NCBI GenBank assembly: GCA_964016885.1
Contig: OZ024740.1
Span: 316,386,001 to 316,450,000, forward strand
DNA: 64,000 nt
Direction: 5' to 3'
Origin: Eledone cirrhosa
Lineage: Eukaryota
Positions 54,101-64,000 of this stretch are shown piece after piece (the first letter of the stretch is position 1; each line of letters begins with the position of its first letter). A model generated the notes under the pieces. That model saw only the letters and a program-made list of their open reading frames with translations, was not told the DNA's origin and ran no database searches. A program made the translations under genes and the position numbers.

Positions 54101-57100
54101 ATAGAACTATATTAAACTATTGGACACCAATACCGTCATATATAGAACTATATTAAACTATTGGACACTACTACCGTCATATATAGAACTATATGAAACT
54201 GTTGGACACTACTACCATCATATATAGAACTATATTAAACAATTGGACAGTGCTTCCATCATATATAGAACTGTATTAAACTGTTGGACACTACTACCAT
54301 CATATATAGAACTATATTAAACAATTATAAACTACTACCATCATATATAGAACTATATTAAACTATTTGACACTACCAACGTCATATATAGAACTATATT
54401 AAACTATTGGACACTACTACCTTCAAATATGGAACTATATTAAACTATGGGACACTACTACCATCGTATATAGAACTATATTTAACTATTGGACACTACT
54501 ACCATCATATATAGAACTATATTAAACTATTGGGCACTACTACCATCATATATAAAACTATATTAAACTATTTTCTCACCTATTCCCGTTTCAACCAATC
54601 ATAACTGGCCACTCATAATAAGTAAGGTATGGTTCTCAAAATAAATAATAACAAAATCTCATAGATTCGATATCATGTCAGGTAAAGCCTTTGTCATGCA
54701 AATATAATAGTAAATATAAAGTAATGTAAATACTAAAGTTTAAACTGTATTGAAACAACTACCATCATATATTAAACTGTTGGACACTACGGCCATCATA
54801 TATAGAACTATATTAAACTATTCAACACTACTATCATCATATATAGAACTATATTAAACTATTGGACACTACTACCATCATATATAGAATTATATTAAAC
54901 TATTGTACACTATTACCATCATATATAGAATTATATTAAACTATTGTACACTATTACCATCATATATAGAATTATATTAAACTATTGGATACTACTACCA
55001 TCATATATAGAACTATATTAAACTATTGGAAACTACTACCATCATCTATAGAACTATATTAAACTATTGGACACTACTAACATCATATATAGAACTATAT
55101 TAAACTATTGGACACTACTACCATCATATATAGAACTATATTAAACTGTTGGACACTACTACCATCATATATAGAACTATATTAAACTATTGGAAACTAC
55201 TACCATCATATATAGAACTATATTAAACTATTGGACACTACTACCATCATCTATAGAACTATATTAAACTATTGGAAACTACTACCATCATATATAGAAC
55301 TATATTAAACTATTGGATACTAATACCATCATATATAGAACTATATTAAACTATTGGACACTACCAACGTCATCTATAGAACTATATTAAACTATTCGAC
55401 ACTATTACCATCATATATAGAACTATATTAAACTGTTGGACACTACCAACGTCATCTATAGAACTATATTAAACTATTCGACACTATTACCATCATATAT
55501 AGAACTATATTAAACTGTTGTACACTACTGGCATCATATATAGAACTATATTAAACATTTGGACACTACTACCATCATATATAGAACTATATTAAACTAT
55601 TGGAAACTACTACCATCATGTATAGAACTATATTAAACTATTGGAGACTACTACCATCATATATCGAACTATATTAAACTATTGGACACTACTACCATCA
55701 TATGTAGAACTATATTAAACTATTGGACACTACTACCATCATATATAGAACTATATTAAACTGTTGGACACTACTACCATCATATATAGAACTATATTAA
55801 AATATTGGACACTACTACCATCATATATTGAACTATATTAAACAATTGGACACTACTACCAATATATATAGAAGTATATTAAACTATTGGACTCTACTAC
55901 CATCATATATAGAACTATATTAAACAATTGGACAGTGCTTCCATCATATATAGAACTATATTAAACTGTTGGACACTACTACCATCATATATAGAACTAT
56001 ATTAAACTATTGGAAACTACTACCATCATATATAGAACTATATTAAACTATTGGATACTACTACCATCATATATAGAACTATAGTAAACTATTGGACACT
56101 ACTACAATCATATATAGAACTATATTAAACTATTGGATACTACTACCATCATATATAGAACTATATTAATCTGTCGGACACTACTACCATCATATATAGA
56201 ACTATATTAAACAATTGGACAGTGCTTCCATCATATATAGAACTATATTAAACTGTTGGACAATACTACCATCATATATAGAACTATATTAAACAATTGG
56301 AAACTACTACCATCATATATAGAACTATATTAAACTATTGGACACTAACAACGTCATATATAGAACTATATTAAACTATTGGACACTACTACCATCATAT
56401 ATAGAACTATATTAAACTATTGGACACTACTACCATCATATATAAAACTATATTAAACTGTTGGACACTGCTACCATCATATATAGAACTATATAAAACT
56501 GTTGGACACTACTACCATCATATGTAGAACTATATTCAACTATTGGACACTACTACCATCATATATAGAACTATATTAAACTATTGGAAACTACTACCAT
56601 CATCTATAGAACAATATTAAACTATTGGACACTACTACCATCATATATAGAACTATATTAAACTATTGGACACTACTACCATCATATATAGAACTATATT
56701 AAACTATTGGACACTACTACCATCATATATAGAACTATATTAAACTGTTGGAAACTACTACCATCATATATAGAACTATATTAAACTATTGGACACTATT
56801 ACCATCATGTATAGAACTATATTAAACTATTGGACACTACTACCATCATATATAGAACTATATTAAACTGTTGGACACTACTACCATCATATATAGAACT
56901 ATATTAAACTATTGGACAGTGCTTCCGTCATATATAGAACTATATTAAACTAGTGTACACTACTACCATCATATATAGAACTATATTAAAATATTGGACA
57001 CTACTACCATCATATATAGAATTATATTAAATTATTGGCCATAACTACCATCATATATAGAACTATAATAAACTATTGGACACTACTACCATCATATATA

Positions 57101-60100
57101 GAACTATATTAAACTATTGGACACTACTACCATCATATATAAAACTATATTAAACTGTTGGACACTGCTACCATCATATATAGAACTATATAAAACTGTT
57201 GGACACTACTACCATCATATGTAGAACTATATTAAACTATTGGACACTACTACCATCATATATAGAACTATATTAAACTATTGGAAACTACTACCATCAT
57301 CTATAGAACAATATTAAACTATTGGACACTACTACCATCATATATAGAACTATATTAAACTATTGGACACTACTACCATCATATATAGAACTATATTAAA
57401 CTATTGGACACTACTACCATCATATATAGAACTATATTAAACTGTTGGAAACTACTACCATCATCTATAGAACTATATTAAACTGTTTTACACTACTACC
57501 ATCATATATAGAACTATATTACAATATTGGACACTACTACCATCATATATAGAACTATATTAAACTGTTGGACACTGCTACCATCATATATAGAACTATA
57601 TTAAACTTTTGGACACTACTAACATCATATATAGAACAATATTAAACTATTGGACACTACTACCATCATATATAGAACTATATTAAACTATTGTACACTA
57701 CTACCATCATATATAGAACTATATTAAACTGTTTTACACTACTACCATCATATATAGAACTATATTAAACTATTGGACACTATTACCATCATGTATAGAA
57801 CTATATTAAACTATTGGACACTACTACCATCATATATAGAACTATATTAAACTGTTGGACACTACTACCATCATATATAGAACTATATTAAACTATTGGA
57901 CAGTGCTTCCGTCATATATAGAACTATATTAAACTAGTGTACACTACTACCATCATATATAGAACTATATTAAAATATTGGACACTACTACCATCATATA
58001 TAGAATTATATTAAATTATTGGCCATAACTACCATCATATATAGAACTATAATAAACTATGCGACACTACTACCATCATATATAGAACTATATTAAAATA
58101 TGGGACACTACTACCATCATATATAGAACTATATTAAACTATTGGACACTACTACCGTCATATATAAAACTATATTAAACTATTTTCCCACCTATTTCTG
58201 TTTCCACTAACCATAACTGGCCACTCATACTGATTGAGGTATGGTTCTCAAAATAAATAATATCAAAATCTCATAGATTCGATATTATGTCAGGTAAAGC
58301 CTTTATCATGAATGTATAATAGTAAATATAAAGTAATGTAAATACTAAAGTTTAAACTGTATTGAAACAACTACCATCATATATTAAACTGTTGGACACT
58401 AAGGCCATCAAATATATAGAAGTATATTAAATTATTGGACACTACTACCATCATATATAGAACTATATTAAACTATTGGACACTACTACCATAATATATA
58501 GAACTATATTAAACTGTTGTACATTGCTACCATCATATATAGAACTATATTAAACTGTTGGACACTACTACCATCATATATGGAACTATATTAAACTATG
58601 GGACACTACTACCATCGTATATAGAACTATATTAAACTATTGGACACTACTACCATCATATATAAAACTATATTAAACTGTTGTACACTGCTACCATCAT
58701 ATATAGAACTATATAAAACTGTTGGACACTACTACCATCATATGTAGAACTATATTAAACTATTGGACACTACTACCATCATATATAAAACTATATTAAA
58801 CTGTTGGACACTGCTACCATCATATATAGAACTATATAAAACTGTTGGACACTACTACCATCATATGTAGAACTATATTAAACTATTGGACACTACTACC
58901 ATCATATATAGAACTATATTAAACTATTGGAAACTACTACCATCATCTATAGAACAATATTAAACTATTGGACACTACTAACATCATATATAGAACTATT
59001 TTAAACAATTGGACACTACTACCATCATATATAGAACTATATTAAACTGTTGGACACTACTACCATCATATATAGAACTATATTAAACTATTGGAAACTA
59101 CTACCATCATATATAGAACTATATTAAACTATTGGACACTACTACCATCATATATAGAACTATATTAAACTGTTGGACACTACCAACGTCATATATAGAA
59201 CTATATTAAACTATTGGACACTATTACCATCATATATAGAACTATCTTAAACTGTTGTACACTACTGGCATCATATATAGAACTATATTAAACATTTGGA
59301 CACTACTACCATCATATATAGAACTATATTAAACAATTGGACACTACTACCAATATATATAGAAGTATATTAAACTATTGGACACTACTACCGTCATATA
59401 TAGAACTATATTAAACTGTTGGACACTACTACCATCATATATAGAACTATATTAAACAATTGTAAACTACTACCATCATATATAGAACTATATTAAACTA
59501 TTGGACACTACCAACGTCATATATAGAATTATATTAAACTATTGGACACTACTACCATCATATATGGAACTATAATAAACTATGGGACACTACTACCATC
59601 GTATATAGAACTATATTAAACTATTGGACACTACTACCATCATATATAGAATTATATTAAACTATTGGACACTACTACCATCATATATGGAACTATAATA
59701 AACTATGGGACACTACTACCATCGTATATAGAACTATATTAAACTATTGGACACTACTACCATCATATATTAAACTGTTGGACACTACGGCCATCATATA
59801 TAGAACTATATTAAACTATTCGACACTACTACCATCATATATAGAACTATATTAAACTATTCGACACTATTACCATCATATATAGAACTATATTAAACTA
59901 TTCGACACTAATACCATCATATATAGAATTATATTAAACTATTGGACACTACTACCATCATATATAGAACTATATTAAACAATTGGACACTACTACCATC
60001 ATATATAGAACAATATTAAACTATTGGACACTACTAGCATCATATATAGAACTATATTAAACTATGGGACTCTACTACCATCATATATAGAAGTATATTA

Positions 60101-63100
60101 AACTATTGGACACTACCAACGTCATATATAGAACTATATTAAACTATTGGACACTACTACAATCATATATAGAACTATATTAAACTGTTGTACACTACTA
60201 CCATCATATATAGAACTATATTAAACATTTGGACACTACTACCATCATATATAGAACTATATTAAACTATTGGAAACTACTACCATCATCTATAGAACTA
60301 TATTAAACTATTGGACACTACTACCATCATATATCGAACTATATTAAACTATTGGACACTACTACCATCATATGTAGAACTATATTAAACTATTGGACAC
60401 TACTACCATCATATATAGAACTATGTTAAACCGTTGGACACTACTACCATCAAATATAGAACTATATTAAACTATTGGACACTACTACCGTCATATATAG
60501 AACTATATTAAACTATTGGACACTACTACAATCATATATAGAACTATATTAAACTATTGGATACTACTACCATCATATATAGAACTATATTAATCTATTG
60601 GACACTACTACCATAATATATAGAACTATATTAAACTGTTGGAAACTACTACCATCATATATAGAACTATATTAAACTATTGGACACCAATACCGTCATA
60701 TATAGAACTATATTAAACTATTGGACACTACTACCGTCATATATAGAACTATATGAAACTGTTGGACACTACTACCATCATATATAGAACTATATTAAAC
60801 AATTGGACAGTGCTTCCATCATATATAGAACTGTATTAAACTGTTGGACACTACTACCATCATATATAGAACTATATTAAACAATTATAAACTACTACCA
60901 TCATATATAGAACTATATTAAACTATTTGACACTACCAACGTCATATATAGAACTATATTAAACTATTGGACACTACTACCTTCAAATATGGAACTATAT
61001 TAAACTATGGGACACTACTACCATCGTATATAGAACTATATTTAACTATTGGACACTACTACCATCATATATAGAACTATATTAAACTATTGGGCACTAC
61101 TACCATCATATATAAAACTATATTAAACTATTTTCTCACCTATTCCCGTTTCAACCAATCATAACTGGCCACTCATAATAAGTAAGGTATGGTTCTCAAA
61201 ATAAATAATAACAAAATCTCATAGATTCGATATCATGTCAGGTAAAGCCTTTGTCATGCAAATATAATAGTAAATATAAAGTAATGTAAATACTAAAGTT
61301 TAAACTGTATTGAAACAACTACCATCATATATTAAACTGTTGGACACTACGGCCATCATATATAGAACTATATTAAACTATTCGACACTACTATCATCAT
61401 ATATAGAACTATATTAAACTATTGGACACTACTACCATCATATATAGAATTATATTAAACTATTGTACACTATTACCATCATATTTAGAATTATATTAAA
61501 CTATTGTACACTATTACCATCATATATAGAATTATATTAAACTATTGGATACTACTACCATCATATATAGAACTATATTAAACTATTGGAAACTACTACC
61601 ATCATCTATAGAACTATATTAAACTATTGGACACTACTAACATCATATATAGAACTATATTAAACTATTGGACACTACTACCATCATATATAGAACTATA
61701 TTAAACTGTTGGACACTACTACCATCATATATAGAACTATATTAAACTATTGGAAACTACTACCATCATATATAGAACTATATTAAACTATTGGACACTA
61801 CTACCATCATCTATAGAACTATATTAAACTATTGGAAACTACTACCATCATATATAGAACTATATTAAACTATTGGATACTAATACCATCATATATAGAA
61901 CTATATTAAACTATTGGACACTACCAACGTCATCTATAGAACTATATTAAACTATTCGACACTATTACCATCATATATAGAACTATATTAAACTGTTGGA
62001 CACTACCAACGTCATCTATAGAACTATATTAAACTATTCGACACTATTACCATCATATATAGAACTATATTAAACTGTTGTACACTACTGGCATCATATA
62101 TAGAACTATATTAAACATTTGGACACTACTACCATCATATATAGAACTATATTAAACTATTGGAAACTACTACCATCATGTATAGAACTATATTAAACTA
62201 TTGGAGACTACTACCATCATATATCGAACTATATTAAACTATTGGACACTACTACCATCATATGTAGAACTATATTAAACTATTGGACACTACTACCATC
62301 ATATATAGAACTATATTAAACTGTTGGACACTACTACCATCATATATAGAACTATATTAAAATATTGGACACTACTACCATCATATATTGAACTATATTA
62401 AACAATTGGACACTACTACCAATATATATAGAAGTATATTAAACTATTGGACACTACTACCATCATATATAGAACTATATTAAACAATTGGACAGTGCTT
62501 CCATCATATATAGAACTATATTAAACTGTTGGACACTACTACCATCATATATAGAACTATATTAAACTATTGGAAACTACTACCATCATATATAGAACTA
62601 TATTAAACTATTGGATACTACTACCATCATATATAGAACTATAGTAAACTATTGGACACTACTACAATCATATATAGAACTATATTAAACTATTGGATAC
62701 TACTACCATCATATATAGAACTATATTAATCTGTCGGACACTACTACCATCATATATAGAACTATATTAAACAATTGGACAGTGCTTCCATCATATATAG
62801 AACTATATTAAACTGTTGGACAATACTACCATCATATATAGAACTATATTAAACAATTGGAAACTACTACCATCATATATAGAACTATATTAAACTATTG
62901 GACACTAACAACGTCATATATAGAACTATATTAAACTATTGGACACTACTACCATCATATATAGAACTATATTAAACTATTGGACACTACTACCATCATA
63001 TATAAAACTATATTAAACTGTTGGACACTGCTACCATCATATATAGAACTATATAAAACTGTTGGACACTACTACCATCATATGTAGAACTATATTCAAC

Positions 63101-64000
63101 TATTGGACACTACTACCATCATATATAGAACTATATTAAACTATTGGAAACTACTACCATCATCTATAGAACAATATTAAACTATTGGACACTACTACCA
63201 TCATATATAGAACTATATTAAACTATTGGACACTACTACCATCATATATAGAACTATATTAAACTATTGGACACTACTACCATCATATATAGAACTATAT
63301 TAAACTGTTGGAAACTACTACCATCATCTATAGAACTATATTAAACTGTTTTACACTACTACCATCATATATAGAACTATATTACAATATTGGACACTAC
63401 TACCATCATATATAGAACTATATTAAACTGTTGGACACTGCTACCATCATATATAGAACTATATTAAACTGTTGGACACTACTAACATCATATATAGAAC
63501 AATATTAAACTATTGGACACTACTACCATCATATATAGAACTATATTAAACTATTGTACACTACTACCATCATATATAGAACTATATTAAACTGTTTTAC
63601 ACTACTACCATCATATATAGAACTATATTAAACTATTGGACACTATTACCATCATGTATAGAACTATATTAAACTATTGGACACTACTACCATCATATAT
63701 AGAACTATATTAAACTGTTGGACACTACTACCATCATATATAGAACTATATTAAACTATTGGACAGTGCTTCCGTCATATATAGAACTATATTAAACTAG
63801 TGTACACTACTACCATCATATATAGAACTATATTAAAATATTGGACACTACTACCATCATATATAGAATTATATTAAATTATTGGCCATAACTACCATCA
63901 TATATAGAACTATAATAAACTATTGGACACTACTACCATCATATATAGAACTATATTAAACTATTGGACACTACTACCATCATATATAAAACTATATTAA
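26957..64000. repeat. composite satellite: 41-bp monomers (roughly 750-800 by length estimate) with 23 interspersed MITE-derived segments; continues past the window
   Basis: Period 41 (e.g. GAACTATAT at 27301 and 27342). MITE segments start at about 26957, 27645, 29125, 31138, 31798, 32868, 33773, 34588, 35166, 36318, 37061, 38128, 40048, 40626, 41778, 42521, 43588, 46328, 48793, 50355, 54571, 58183 and 61131. Confidence 0.97.

Noticed and set aside
27160-64000. CRISPR-like repeat/spacer array
   Set aside because: Monomers are head-to-tail with no unique spacers, the interruptions are all the same MITE sequence, there are no cas genes and the context is eukaryotic.

Overview
Eukaryotic, AT-rich, repeat-dense DNA. 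The SINE/RTE/(CAT)n repertoire suggests a coleoid cephalopod such as Octopus; this is an inference. Bases 1-26.4 kb hold 16 phase-compatible + strand coding exons (about 467 aa plus stop, start codon upstream of the window) of a DCAF11/WDR23 WD40 gene. Its introns contain tRNA-SINEs, RTE, Tx1/L1 and CR1-type LINE pieces, non-autonomous Helitrons, and piggyBac-, hAT- and Tc1/pogo-type MITEs. About 590 bp after the stop codon a composite satellite begins and runs to the window end (>37 kb). It consists of 41-bp monomers (ACTATTGGACACTACTACCATCATATATAGAACTATATTAA) interrupted 23 times by a ~175-200 bp segment of a piggyBac-like MITE, whose free relatives sit in the DCAF11 introns. The array has nested higher-order duplications (328, 984, ~1480, 5460 and 6560 bp). 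The apparent founder unit, with both MITE ends, is preserved at the array edge. No CRISPR, rRNA or true tRNA gene was found.
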